A stretch of 64,000 bases of DNA from a virus (taxonomy: Duplodnaviria; Caudoviricetes): the IMG/VR virus record IMGVR_UViG_3300034071_001210, positions 1-64,000 of that record; one strand, written 5' to 3'. How positions within the stretch are numbered: position 1 is the stretch's first letter; every line of letters begins with the position of its first letter. Of the stretch, positions 39,090-49,037 are shown one piece after another. Both the position numbers and the translations under genes were made by a program. Below the pieces are notes generated by a model. That model ran no database searches and was not told the origin of the DNA. It worked only from the letters and a program-made list of their open reading frames with translations.

Positions 39090-39250
39090 TTAGGTTCTTT
39101 CTTTCCAAGAAAATCTTTAGCAATAACTTTATATTGTTCTTGTAGTCTGGTTCCAACTTTGCCATAGAGAACTTTGGTGGCTTGTTCTTTGAATGCAACA
39201 GCATTTTCTTCTACTACGGTCTTGAGCATTTGACGGATATTGTTTTTCAT
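39086..39250 (-). CDS. Small prohead core protein (gp67-like position, 54 aa)
   Basis: Not in the ORF track. MKNNIRQMLKTVVEENAVAFKEQATKVLYGKVGTRLQEQYKVIAKDFLGKKEPK; ATGA overlaps at both ends. Confidence 0.7.
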   Translation of the reverse strand: MKNNIRQMLKTVVEENAVAFKEQATKVLYGKVGTRLQEQYKVIAKDFLGKKEPK

Positions 39251-39657
39251 AATAATTTTCTTACCTTCTGTGAAAATGTTAAATGTTGCTTAAATGTTGT
39301 TCCATCAGTAAATAATTCAGAAACCAGGTGTTCTCTATTTTTAACATTCAATGATTCAAATAAATTTTTAATGTGTAATATATCTGAATCAGTAATATTT
39401 ATATTTGAACCATTTTGAAACTTATAATTTCCTGGTTTAAAGTTAGTTACAAAATCTACAAATTCATTTAAAGTTGTATTTTCTGGAGTAATCGATTCTC
39501 TGTATAACAGTGCCTTTGACACCAGTAATTCAGTTTCTTTAATACTTTCGTTCAATTTAGTGGATAAAACTTTAATTATACTCTGCTTAAAACTTTCATC
39601 ATTTTTAAAAATGATGTTCTCTATTCCCGATTTTAATAATAATTTATTATTAGTCAT
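39247..39657 (-). CDS. Prohead core protein (gp67/gp68-like)
   Basis: Lies between the portal and protease genes; helical; 'LFESLN..NR' motif. Confidence 0.6.
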   Translation of the reverse strand: MTNNKLLLKSGIENIIFKNDESFKQSIIKVLSTKLNESIKETELLVSKALLYRESITPENTTLNEFVDFVTNFKPGNYKFQNGSNINITDSDILHIKNLFESLNVKNREHLVSELFTDGTTFKQHLTFSQKVRKLL

Positions 39658-39663
39658 GGAATA

Positions 39664-41226
39664 TTACTGTTGTCCACCTTCTTGAGCGGCTTGTTGGGCG
39701 GCTAAGGCTGCTTGTTCTTGTGCTATTCTTTGTCTGTCAACAACCATTTGTTTTTCCATAACCTTGAGTTGTTCTGGGAGTTGTTTGAGAATATCAGTCT
39801 TAACAAACTCAGTTGAGAAGTATTTACCAATGTATGGTTCAACAAACGAAAGCATCTTAAGACGTTCGGATAGAATTTCTGATTCTTTGAGATCCCAGAA
39901 ATAATTATCTGTGTTGAATACAAATTTAATATCGGTTTTTAAAACATCCCAGTCTTCTTGCGTCATTACACCCTTTAGAAGTAATTGAACTCTTAAGGTA
40001 TCCATGAATAGACGAGAAAACTGATATCGAATACGATCAACAAATTTATAGAATTTAATTTCTTCTCTGGTAATTTCAGTAGAACGTCCCATGTTAAAAC
40101 CAGTTGATTCAGCCGATAGACGGCTAATTGGAACATTCAAACATGCAAACAATTTCTTTTTAAAATATTCAATATCTTCAATTTGTGAAGTTGATTGTGC
40201 ACCAGGAATGGTTGTAATTTCAGTTCCACGTGAACCTTCTCTACGTGGAAGCCAGTAATCTTCAAGTACTGACATCATCTTTCGTTCATCTCTTACTTCA
40301 CCGGTATCTTGGTTGTAAGTAAGTTTTGTGCGGAATCTGCTCATCATGTCCCGCATATATTGTTCAGCTTTAGCTTTTGGTAGTTGACCAACGTCTACAT
40401 AAAAGATTTTACGTTCTGGAGCACGAGCAATGCGGTATACCAACATAGCATCTTCCATTTGACGCAACATGTTTAGCGGTCTAATGGCTTTGTGCAGATA
40501 TCCTAAAATACGTTTTGTATTAAGATCAACTAATCCAGATGGAACATATACAATGCTATCCAGAGATAAATGAAGCCCCTGTGGACCAGTCATTACTGGT
40601 GATTCTTTATCATTATTCGTATAGACATAATACTCTTCAACTTCTTTGATTAGTTGAATTGGTGTATTTGTCTGCTGAACATACTTATCCATTTCCTTTT
40701 TAAACTTACGAACTTTTTTAATCTTTAATGGATCTACGGCAACAATACTTTGAATACCCTGACCAGGAAGATCCTTGTCAATTACAATGTTATAAAACAA
40801 CTTTGAATCTACATACCATCTGCGAAAGATTTCGTATGATTTGTGATTAAAATCTAATAGATGAATTACAGTGTCAAACTCTTTATATATTTTTGTTTTA
40901 ATGTTATCAGAAATTGGGCACTTAGACAAATCTAATTTTACTGGTGTGTGGTCTGTACCGGGTACAATGGAGGCATTTACAATCTCGTCTACAGCAGCAT
41001 CGATTTCTGGATAGATTGATATATTTCTGTATTGAATGATTGACTGTGTTTCATCACGCATCGTGGCTGCGTAATCAAGGGCAGTGCCAAAGAATCCACC
41101 AGCCTCAACAGTTACAGTTCCATCAAATACTTCTGGAACTGCAAATGATGCCATTGCATCATTTTTTTGATCTTCCTTGGTGGTTTTCTTTTTTCCAAAC
41201 TGAAATCCAAATATATCAATTTCCAT
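39664..41226 (-). CDS. gp20: Portal protein
   Basis: FRRWYVD, YLHKAI, YRIARAPERKIFYVDVG and EDYWLPRREGSRGTEI motifs. Confidence 0.97.
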   Translation of the reverse strand: MEIDIFGFQFGKKKTTKEDQKNDAMASFAVPEVFDGTVTVEAGGFFGTALDYAATMRDETQSIIQYRNISIYPEIDAAVDEIVNASIVPGTDHTPVKLDLSKCPISDNIKTKIYKEFDTVIHLLDFNHKSYEIFRRWYVDSKLFYNIVIDKDLPGQGIQSIVAVDPLKIKKVRKFKKEMDKYVQQTNTPIQLIKEVEEYYVYTNNDKESPVMTGPQGLHLSLDSIVYVPSGLVDLNTKRILGYLHKAIRPLNMLRQMEDAMLVYRIARAPERKIFYVDVGQLPKAKAEQYMRDMMSRFRTKLTYNQDTGEVRDERKMMSVLEDYWLPRREGSRGTEITTIPGAQSTSQIEDIEYFKKKLFACLNVPISRLSAESTGFNMGRSTEITREEIKFYKFVDRIRYQFSRLFMDTLRVQLLLKGVMTQEDWDVLKTDIKFVFNTDNYFWDLKESEILSERLKMLSFVEPYIGKYFSTEFVKTDILKQLPEQLKVMEKQMVVDRQRIAQEQAALAAQQAAQEGGQQ

Positions 41227-41228
41227 AA

Positions 41229-41777
41229 TTAACCTTGTATTCTCCTTGTAATATTCTTGATTTCCATAAAATCAAAAACAATCATTACAGTATAACTATT
41301 TAACACATTGGGAGAACCCATATTCATTTGAACTGGTTGAATTCCAGCAGGCCAGCATCCATGTAAAATGTATTCTTTTAATGGTTGATCATTACCATTT
41401 AAATCTAAGTGTTGGACTCTCCAATTATCTGCTTTATATTGTCTTGACGTTTGACCAGTTCCAACTCCAGGAGTAGATGATTGATTGTTATCATGGTCAT
41501 TAATTAAATTTTGCCATCTATTTAATTTACCCCATAAGTTGTTATTTCCAACATCATCCCATATGGTAATATTCCAAGTTCCATAATCTCTTTCACCTGG
41601 ATAATGAAATTTTCTACCAAAATAATCATAACTTAAAGTTTTACTAGTAACTCTTGGAAGAGTGGCAGAACGTATATGAAAATCTGTAAATCTACCACCG
41701 GTTGGAAATGAACCATCTATTCTAAACCTATTAGAACGAGTTCCACCAAAAAAGGTATTTTTAAAATCATTTAGCAT
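41229..41777 (-). CDS. gp19: Tail tube protein (gp19-like), copy 2
   Basis: GGTRSNRF, SATLP, GR...PGER.Y..W and L.GCWP motifs. Confidence 0.85.
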   Translation of the reverse strand: MLNDFKNTFFGGTRSNRFRIDGSFPTGGRFTDFHIRSATLPRVTSKTLSYDYFGRKFHYPGERDYGTWNITIWDDVGNNNLWGKLNRWQNLINDHDNNQSSTPGVGTGQTSRQYKADNWRVQHLDLNGNDQPLKEYILHGCWPAGIQPVQMNMGSPNVLNSYTVMIVFDFMEIKNITRRIQG

Positions 41778-41789
41778 GGTTAGTTAATC

Positions 41790-42338
41790 TTAAGTATTAT
41801 AGTTCTCTTTATCTTGAATTTTGACATAATCAAATGTAAGAGTGGTATTAAAACCAACAAATCCGGGCTCTGCCATATTCAAACTTATTTCATCTACTAC
41901 CGATGGCCAACATTTGTATAGAGTTATAGTTTTTAAAACTAAACCATTAGCATCTAATTGTTTCATTCTCCAAGTTGTTTGTAATCTTTTATATGAAAAA
42001 TCATCACCTTTTACTTTATGTGTGTAATGACCATCCATAAATTCTGCCCATTGATGCAAACCTTTCCATATACTGTTGGTATTATTATCATCGTATATAC
42101 CAACATTCCAAGGTGTGTACATTCTATCACCTGCAAAATTTATCAATCGTCCACGATATGGAACACTAATAGTATTGATTGTTGATGCAGGCAATGATGC
42201 GGATATCATTTTAAACGATGAATCTTCTGCAGGAACATTAATACCTGTAGGCCAAATTGGTTCAACGACAAATCTATTGGCACGAGTGCCACCCAAAAAA
42301 CCTTCTTTAAAAGTTGTTATTGAATTATTGTTTGCCAT
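41790..42338 (-). CDS. gp19: Tail tube protein (gp19-like), copy 1
   Basis: GGTRANRF, SASLP, VPYRGR...AGDR.Y..W and CWP motifs. Confidence 0.88.
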   Translation of the reverse strand: MANNNSITTFKEGFLGGTRANRFVVEPIWPTGINVPAEDSSFKMISASLPASTINTISVPYRGRLINFAGDRMYTPWNVGIYDDNNTNSIWKGLHQWAEFMDGHYTHKVKGDDFSYKRLQTTWRMKQLDANGLVLKTITLYKCWPSVVDEISLNMAEPGFVGFNTTLTFDYVKIQDKENYNT

Positions 42339-43636
42339 TATTGTGTAAGACTAATATCAATTACAAAACTATCAATACTTAAAATTGGTTTAATTATGAC
42401 GGTCATATTTAATGTGCCGGAATTATCAATATTATTAGAACTATCACAAATAATTTGTGTTACGGCTGTATCAATAAATGTTAAATATGGATCTATTGCA
42501 CTTTCAATTTCAGAAGTAACTTGTGCTCTAGTTGTAGAATTGTTAATTTCAAAAAGATACTTTAGACCAATTGCATCCAAATCTTTTCTTAATGCTGAAC
42601 GTAAACGAGATGGTCCAACTCTGTCATAACTTGTAAGTGCTCCACTTGCAGTTGCACCAACAATATCTGAACCTAAGAACTTTGGATTGTAATTTACAAA
42701 GAAATTTACTTTATTATTTCTTAATGTGGTTTTTAATGAATCATTCCAGTCAATAGATGATGATACGTTTCCATTAAGAATTGTTGACCTATCAAGACCA
42801 GCCACTGAAAGATATAATTCATTTCTGTTTTTTGCTCTTGCAAAAAATCCACCAACATCTGTAGAAGTTGGTAGTTTGTATGTGATTTGAGTATTTGCTT
42901 GTAATGTAGAGGTATCTAAATTTGAAACATCTTTGACACCATAAACATTAAAGATTCGGTTGGCAACCGTTGTTCCGGTTACAAGAGACGCACTACCAAA
43001 CAAGGAAGCATAATTTGCCATTGTGTAACCACTACCAGTTACACCAGTAATATCTGCAATAGAAGGAAATATTCCTGTTGTGTATGGTTGGTCAATCAAC
43101 CAGGTGCACAGTGCACTATTGGCTTCTTGACCAATAATAACATCTAGATAATTTTCAGTAGTTGCAATATAGTTGTCAAAGCCAACTGGGTCACCAACAA
43201 TAACCAGTGTACCACCATAGGCTAGAAAATTAATTGCATTTAGAAAATCGTTTCCAGCGGGTCTTGCTACAAGTTGAACTTTGTCATCTATTGTTCCGGC
43301 TGTTTGGAAGAAACCAAATGTTCCACCAGCAGAAGGATCTGAAATCAAACATGATGTGATACCGGACAACTGGTTCAAATCACCAACAAGTTCCTGTGGT
43401 GTTGTGTATACAATATACGTAGATGAGGTATAACCCTTGGCAGGACTATATAAATTTGCTCTAGAATAGACTAACCATCCAAATAAACCACCTGGATCAT
43501 TACTGGCTGCACCACAAATACCATTAAAGGTAATTCCGGCATATGTTGAACCCAATTTCATACCACCTAATAGATCTAGAGTGGTGCTTTCAGTAGAATA
43601 TTGGCTGGCGTTAATAAAGGAGCTAAGTGATGGCAT
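42338..43636 (-). CDS. gp18: Tail sheath protein, short and divergent
   Basis: NFLAYGG, AG..R, YDRV...RL and YLFE.N...TR...I.CD.SNN sheath C-terminal motifs; lies between gp17 and gp19. Confidence 0.8.
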   Translation of the reverse strand: MPSLSSFINASQYSTESTTLDLLGGMKLGSTYAGITFNGICGAASNDPGGLFGWLVYSRANLYSPAKGYTSSTYIVYTTPQELVGDLNQLSGITSCLISDPSAGGTFGFFQTAGTIDDKVQLVARPAGNDFLNAINFLAYGGTLVIVGDPVGFDNYIATTENYLDVIIGQEANSALCTWLIDQPYTTGIFPSIADITGVTGSGYTMANYASLFGSASLVTGTTVANRIFNVYGVKDVSNLDTSTLQANTQITYKLPTSTDVGGFFARAKNRNELYLSVAGLDRSTILNGNVSSSIDWNDSLKTTLRNNKVNFFVNYNPKFLGSDIVGATASGALTSYDRVGPSRLRSALRKDLDAIGLKYLFEINNSTTRAQVTSEIESAIDPYLTFIDTAVTQIICDSSNNIDNSGTLNMTVIIKPILSIDSFVIDISLTQ

Positions 43637-43670
43637 TTATTTTCCTTATGATGTCAAAATATTTAGCATT

Positions 43671-45326
43671 TTAACTAGGATACCAAATCACCCCATCCTG
43701 GACATATTCACCTTCGTCATCTTCTGAATGTGTAGAAGGCATGAATAGAATATTATCATCTTCTGGTTTTTTGGCATCCTCGTAACTAAATTGTGCCTGT
43801 TCGATCAAATCAGAAAAATATTCTTGTCTGGTTAACCATGCAAAAAACACCAAACTCATTACTAAGTCGTCATGTTGACCATCTTCAGCCTTATAGGTAT
43901 TAGATTTGGAAATAAATGACATCAATTCAACAATAATACGCTCATCATTTAATATGATCTTATTTTCTTCAATTAACCGTTTAAGAATAGCACAACCAAT
44001 TTTTTTAGTTTGGGCAGTCGTTCTTATACCCATTTCATTTTTTCCAACCCCACCAAAGCCTTGAGACAAAATTTGTCCTTTTCGACCCATTACTTTTGTC
44101 ATCAATACATTTTCGTATTCTAGATCGGTGTGTAAAATATTGGAAACCTGTCCACCCAAGTCATTTGTTTCAATTAAAACATATGCATTATTATATGCTT
44201 TGGCTGAATTAAATATAACTGTTGGAAAATTAAATGGGCTAATAGTATTATTTCTATAGGTAGCAACCACTTTGTATGGTGTGCTAGTTCCATCAATTAC
44301 CGTAAATGCAGAATAGTCAGACCCCTGTCCACGAGATACGTCAGCCTGTAAAAAATAAATTTTATCGGTTTGTGGAATTTCATATACTCTATGACCTTCT
44401 ACATTTTCAGAAATTGGTTCTTCCGGAGCAAGAACATTTAATTTTGTTGATGAAATTAAAGTATTAGAAGATCCTAAGAAACTGCAACCATACTCTTGGT
44501 TAAACTGTTCTTGGCTTGTATTGGCAATCTGTTCTTCTGCCCATTCTTGATTGCGTCTAGGTCCACCTGGAGTTATTGGAACTTGAGTCCAATCAACTTC
44601 AACGGGTACAAATCTATTTTTTGATTTATGTCCTGCAGGTCTATTAGCATCTACCCAAAGTTTATGAAAATGATTCATACCATTTGGAGTTGAAACAATT
44701 ATTAATTTGGTAGTCAAACCTGCCGAAATGGTTGGATACGTGGAAGAATAGAATTCTTCCGCAATATGCGAAGGTAAGAACGCGTACTCATCCAACAACA
44801 ATAGGTTATAAGAGCCACCACGGATCGCTGAAGACGATGTTGCATCGCAGACGACTCTAGACCCGTTTTCCAATTTAAAACTCGTCTTGTTCCATTCTAC
44901 TACTCCTTGTTGCAGGAAATGTGGTAGATTTTCATAGGCTAATTGAAGTTTAGCAAACAATTCATCTTTTGCTGTTTTTAACTTATTGGCAAGAATAGCA
45001 ACATTTACGCTTTGATTAAAAGTAACATAATGGCAAATATACCCAATAACAGAAGTAGACTTGCCAGATTGCCGAGGCCATTTTGAGATTACAAAACGAT
45101 TTTGATGAATCTGTTTTACAAATTCTTCCTGATAATCATACAACTTGAAAGGCATGATACCCTTATCAAGAGTTTTAACTTTTACATATTTACTACAAAA
45201 ATATACAGGATCATTGGCACATTTAACATATTCTTCCAGTTGCTCTTTAGTATACTGAATATCAATGCCAGGTGGCTTTAGTTTTGGGTTATTTCTATAA
45301 CCTTGATTACCGTTGTTTAGACTCAT
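43671..45326 (-). CDS. gp17: Terminase large subunit
   Basis: PRQSGKST, LLDEYAF, STPNG, QEYGC.F, DVSRG and HDDLVM motifs. Confidence 0.97.
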   Translation of the reverse strand: MSLNNGNQGYRNNPKLKPPGIDIQYTKEQLEEYVKCANDPVYFCSKYVKVKTLDKGIMPFKLYDYQEEFVKQIHQNRFVISKWPRQSGKSTSVIGYICHYVTFNQSVNVAILANKLKTAKDELFAKLQLAYENLPHFLQQGVVEWNKTSFKLENGSRVVCDATSSSAIRGGSYNLLLLDEYAFLPSHIAEEFYSSTYPTISAGLTTKLIIVSTPNGMNHFHKLWVDANRPAGHKSKNRFVPVEVDWTQVPITPGGPRRNQEWAEEQIANTSQEQFNQEYGCSFLGSSNTLISSTKLNVLAPEEPISENVEGHRVYEIPQTDKIYFLQADVSRGQGSDYSAFTVIDGTSTPYKVVATYRNNTISPFNFPTVIFNSAKAYNNAYVLIETNDLGGQVSNILHTDLEYENVLMTKVMGRKGQILSQGFGGVGKNEMGIRTTAQTKKIGCAILKRLIEENKIILNDERIIVELMSFISKSNTYKAEDGQHDDLVMSLVFFAWLTRQEYFSDLIEQAQFSYEDAKKPEDDNILFMPSTHSEDDEGEYVQDGVIWYPS

Positions 45327-45753
45327 TATTCACAACCTCTGCTTCGATTACTTTATCGGTGCTTCTATCTTTATTTAAGAGGTTCTGAAGATCCTTGGTC
45401 GATCCAACAAAAACTGAATTATTTGTTTGTGAAACTTTGGTATTAGATGAGGTAGTATCTTTGGCTTTCTTATGAACATCTAAAACATTGTTGTTTAGAT
45501 CTGCCATAGTTTTTAAGAGAATGGCAACAACTTCAAATGCTCTTGGACTATCAGATTCGGTAGCAACCTTTAATGCACTTTCAAGGGCTATAGTTCCATT
45601 CCCAAGCAAATCCTTTAAATTTGATTGAACCAACTCATAATCTTTTTGAAAATTATTATTGTCAAACGTACCACCAGATGTTGCTTTTGGTTCTGCGATT
45701 ATTGCAGTATCAGGAACATCAAACAATTTAACCAAATTTTTATTAATATTCAT
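45307..45753 (-). CDS. gp16: Terminase small subunit
   Basis: DYE....NL, SPRAFEV and NNSVFVGST.DLQ motifs. Confidence 0.92.
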   Translation of the reverse strand: MNINKNLVKLFDVPDTAIIAEPKATSGGTFDNNNFQKDYELVQSNLKDLLGNGTIALESALKVATESDSPRAFEVVAILLKTMADLNNNVLDVHKKAKDTTSSNTKVSQTNNSVFVGSTKDLQNLLNKDRSTDKVIEAEVVNNESKQR

Positions 45754-45755
45754 AT

Positions 45756-46418
45756 TTAATCTTCAAAAATTACACCACTGTTGGATGTAGTAACCGCTGT
45801 TGCTGCCTTTACTTCACCAAATATCCAAGATTTTGCTATAAATTGGAATGATGCAATATTTAATCTTCTGCTACTTAAATCACCTTCATATTTTTCAGTT
45901 AAACTATTTGTTACCATAACAATTGGTATCTGAACATCTTGTTGAGTTTCATTCATATTCATTGTTATAATATGGTCTGGAACAAAATATGGCATAATTT
46001 GTTCTACAATCTGCAACATATCATCTGTGTGTCTGGTATAAACAAACAAATTAAATGATACATTTACAGGAATCTTTGATCCAATTTGAGTTCCCGAAGA
46101 TTGACATGTTCCATTAACATTTGTTAAATTCAAGATTGGTGCAATACGATTTAAACGGCGAGTTGGATCTGGAACAATAGTATTAATAATATAACTAATA
46201 ATTGGTAATTGAGTTTCAATACGAGTACCATCAGTTATAGAAGAAGGTTGTAATAAACGTTGAATAAACTTTTCTTGAGGAGAATAGTGAATGGGAACAC
46301 GAATATTAAAACTAGTAGATGTATCTGGTTCAATGCGAGCAACTTCAATCTTGCTAAACAGTGAACCAAAACCAACTACAAGTTTTCTTAAATTTTCGTT
46401 GTAATAGTGTCCAAACAT
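45756..46418 (-). CDS. gp15: Tail sheath stabiliser/completion protein
   Basis: FG.LF, VPI.Y.P.EKF and D.LQIVEQI.PYF.P motifs. Confidence 0.92.
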   Translation of the reverse strand: MFGHYYNENLRKLVVGFGSLFSKIEVARIEPDTSTSFNIRVPIHYSPQEKFIQRLLQPSSITDGTRIETQLPIISYIINTIVPDPTRRLNRIAPILNLTNVNGTCQSSGTQIGSKIPVNVSFNLFVYTRHTDDMLQIVEQIMPYFVPDHIITMNMNETQQDVQIPIVMVTNSLTEKYEGDLSSRRLNIASFQFIAKSWIFGEVKAATAVTTSNSGVIFED

Positions 46419-46426
46419 ATTAATCC

Positions 46427-47101
46427 TTATGTGTTACCAGGTTGATCACATTCTGAAAACGGATCATTTGGATCAAATCCATAACAATTGCCTTCAGTCT
46501 GTAGTACGTCATTAATACCAAAGGTGGTACCAAGAACATTATTTAATGGAATATGCAAGGCTCCAGACAACCCTGTTGTAGATGTATATGGAACATTGAC
46601 TGCTGTATTATTTGTTTCAATTTTCTCATAACTGTAAGTGAAGAGTTCTGCAGTTATTTGATATGAATATAATTTTCCTAATGGATATAGGGGATTTTCA
46701 TGTTCAACAAAATTAATTTCAAACAATGATTTTGATAAAGGTAAATAGATAAGATCACCTTCACGGGGTCTAATGATAGTAGAATCGATATCCGTAACTT
46801 CTTGTTTAAATCTTTTACGTGCAAAAACTAAAGTAATCTTATCTTTAATTTCTAAACCAAATTGTGTAATGACATCTGTTCCGTCAAAGCTCTTATATGA
46901 CTGAATAAACATCTCTAACGTATATGCTTTTTTAAATGAAGATGATGGATCTTCACCAAAAATTTTATCTATTTGAAAATATTTACGAGGAACATATACC
47001 AAATCTTGACCAATACCTTGAATTAGTTCAACGGTAATATCTTCGATCAGAGTTTGTTCTGGTCCGTACCTGGTACTATTGATGTAAGGATTAATAGCCA
47101 T
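46427..47101 (-). CDS. gp14: Neck protein
   Basis: YVPR, FGED, QFGL, RPREGDLIY and FEI.FVEHE.P motifs; likely start 47101. Confidence 0.92.
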   Translation of the reverse strand: MAINPYINSTRYGPEQTLIEDITVELIQGIGQDLVYVPRKYFQIDKIFGEDPSSSFKKAYTLEMFIQSYKSFDGTDVITQFGLEIKDKITLVFARKRFKQEVTDIDSTIIRPREGDLIYLPLSKSLFEINFVEHENPLYPLGKLYSYQITAELFTYSYEKIETNNTAVNVPYTSTTGLSGALHIPLNNVLGTTFGINDVLQTEGNCYGFDPNDPFSECDQPGNT

Positions 47102-47102
47102 A

Positions 47103-47933
47103 TTAACCAATCATTGGATCTACAGGTAGTTCCTGTGTTTTTAACAACATTGCTTCAATTGTATCAAGTTCGCGTACAGCATCTTGCATTATGGCTGGAG
47201 CATTTAATTGTGCGCCACCCGGTAAAGGCATACCAGTATACTTCATTAAATTCTGAGCCCATTGTTTTTTCAATAATGCGGCATAGTGTCTTTGGAAAAT
47301 ACGATCACTCCATATTTTTGGATAATATTCTGGATTTACTTGTACATATGCTTCTACCATAACATATTGATTTTGCTTAATATTTGCCCATTCACTTTCT
47401 AAAAATAAACGATCTGTTGTTTTTGTATATGTAAATGATGATGGGTAATTAAATACATCATTGATCATAGAAATATATGTCATTGCTTCCATATACAAAC
47501 CCATAGGACCCTGAGAATAACCACTTTGATTAAAATACAAACCAAAGAAGTCAAATAGAGTCATCTGGTATCTCAAATCAAACATATAATCACCAACAAC
47601 AGAACTTGGACTATATACTTTGCTAATAGTTCTAATATCTGCAGCTGCTGGCCAAAATGATGTAACCCCAGTAGTTGAAGATGTAACTGGTTGTGCACCA
47701 ATACTATATCCAAAGGTACTAACATCAAAATATTTATTTGCTATGATATTGGATGTGATAGGTACAACAAATTGTGCACGTTCATTAAAGTCAAAATGAC
47801 GTTCGTGCATGTATTCTAATGATTCATCTAAACGGTCTTCAGCTTGCTCAGAATCAATATTAATTTGAATTACTGGTGCACCTAGTCGTCTATATGTAAA
47901 ATCAATGAATTCTTGTCTAGTTGTAATTGCCAT
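47103..47933 (-). CDS. gp13: Neck protein
   Basis: RRLGAPVIQIN and KKQW.QNL.KY.GM.LPGG..LN motifs. Confidence 0.93.
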   Translation of the reverse strand: MAITTRQEFIDFTYRRLGAPVIQINIDSEQAEDRLDESLEYMHERHFDFNERAQFVVPITSNIIANKYFDVSTFGYSIGAQPVTSSTTGVTSFWPAAADIRTISKVYSPSSVVGDYMFDLRYQMTLFDFFGLYFNQSGYSQGPMGLYMEAMTYISMINDVFNYPSSFTYTKTTDRLFLESEWANIKQNQYVMVEAYVQVNPEYYPKIWSDRIFQRHYAALLKKQWAQNLMKYTGMPLPGGAQLNAPAIMQDAVRELDTIEAMLLKTQELPVDPMIG

Positions 47934-47941
47934 AGAAATAT

Positions 47942-48397
47942 TTATGAATTCTCAATGATTTTATTTATTTTTTCAATCATCTCTTCTTTTTCTTCACTTG
48001 AACCTATTGTTACTTGAATAAGTTCCAATTCCTTTGGATCAATTGTTTCAATCATTTCTTTTCGCAATTTAACTTCAATGGGTTTAAAATTTGGGTCATA
48101 ATTACTAAATCCTGGCATTTTCATTGGACAATTTAAAACTGGATAATCTAATTTTGAATAATCATCCGAACTCTGTATCAACCATGTGTGTGCCTTATCC
48201 CCACAGCCACACCCACCACAGTAACTTTTGGTTGAATCTACTGCACTAGTTTTTAAAAATACACATGGAGTGGTAATACTACTACTACCACCAAAACAAG
48301 ACAGCACTCTAAGCTGTTTTGTTTGAATATCCGTTTTTTTATTGCCAATTCCTCTAGATGTTAGAGAAGCAGCAAACATCATCATTTTTTGAAACAT
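47942..48397 (-). CDS. Cys-rich putative metal-binding protein
   Basis: R...C...C...CGGCGC...KL....L.CP pattern, similar to ORF 62556..63230; likely start 48397. Confidence 0.6.
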   Translation of the reverse strand: MFQKMMMFAASLTSRGIGNKKTDIQTKQLRVLSCFGGSSSITTPCVFLKTSAVDSTKSYCGGCGCGDKAHTWLIQSSDDYSKLDYPVLNCPMKMPGFSNYDPNFKPIEVKLRKEMIETIDPKELELIQVTIGSSEEKEEMIEKINKIIENS

Positions 48398-48401
48398 AAT
48401 C

Positions 48402-49037
48402 TTATAAAGTTGTATAGTTAACAGCCATACCAGCAGGAACAACATACAAAGCAATAAATGGTTTAAATTTTTCTATATCTGAAAGCAATGCACTTGTTAC
48501 TTTAATGTCTATGTTAGTAAAATTGGAAGTGGTAACAGTAACATCACTGATTGAAAACCCAAGAAGTGAACAGATCAAATATTTAATTGCACTTGGTGTA
48601 CCTTTAATATCAAAATAATTTGAATCAGATTTTACTAAAAATCTTCTTATATTAGGAAGTATTGGGCTTAAATGTGATTGAGAAAAATCAGCATTTGGAA
48701 AATAAAAATCAGCAACTGCTTCTAAAAATATAGAATTCATAAACAATGGAACTCTAATATTTTCCCAATTTAGTTGTGCACCATACCCGTATTCTTGACT
48801 TAATAACCATCTTAAATAATTTTTAATTATTGGAATAATTGCAACATTATTTGGATCAGATTGATATGACTTTATAATCCATTGTGGAAATAAAGATTCT
48901 ATTGTAAGATTGTCTCCTAACCATTTAGAATCATTTCTATCTTGAAAATCACTACCATATAGACTGCTAGCTCTCGCAGTGGTAATTGCATTTTTTACAT
49001 TATAAGAAACAGGTTGTTCTTTAAGAAAGAAAATCAT
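48402..49037 (-). CDS. Baseplate wedge protein, short gp7-like
   Basis: P.WI, ..NYLRWL and Y..KGT..AIKYL...LLG motifs; follows gp6. Confidence 0.6.
   Translation of the reverse strand: MIFFLKEQPVSYNVKNAITTARASSLYGSDFQDRNDSKWLGDNLTIESLFPQWIIKSYQSDPNNVAIIPIIKNYLRWLLSQEYGYGAQLNWENIRVPLFMNSIFLEAVADFYFPNADFSQSHLSPILPNIRRFLVKSDSNYFDIKGTPSAIKYLICSLLGFSISDVTVTTSNFTNIDIKVTSALLSDIEKFKPFIALYVVPAGMAVNYTTL

Noticed and set aside
16862-45326. Inteins, introns or homing endonucleases in gp46, uvsW, gp20 or gp17
   Set aside because: All are uninterrupted and of ordinary length, with no splice or endonuclease motifs seen.
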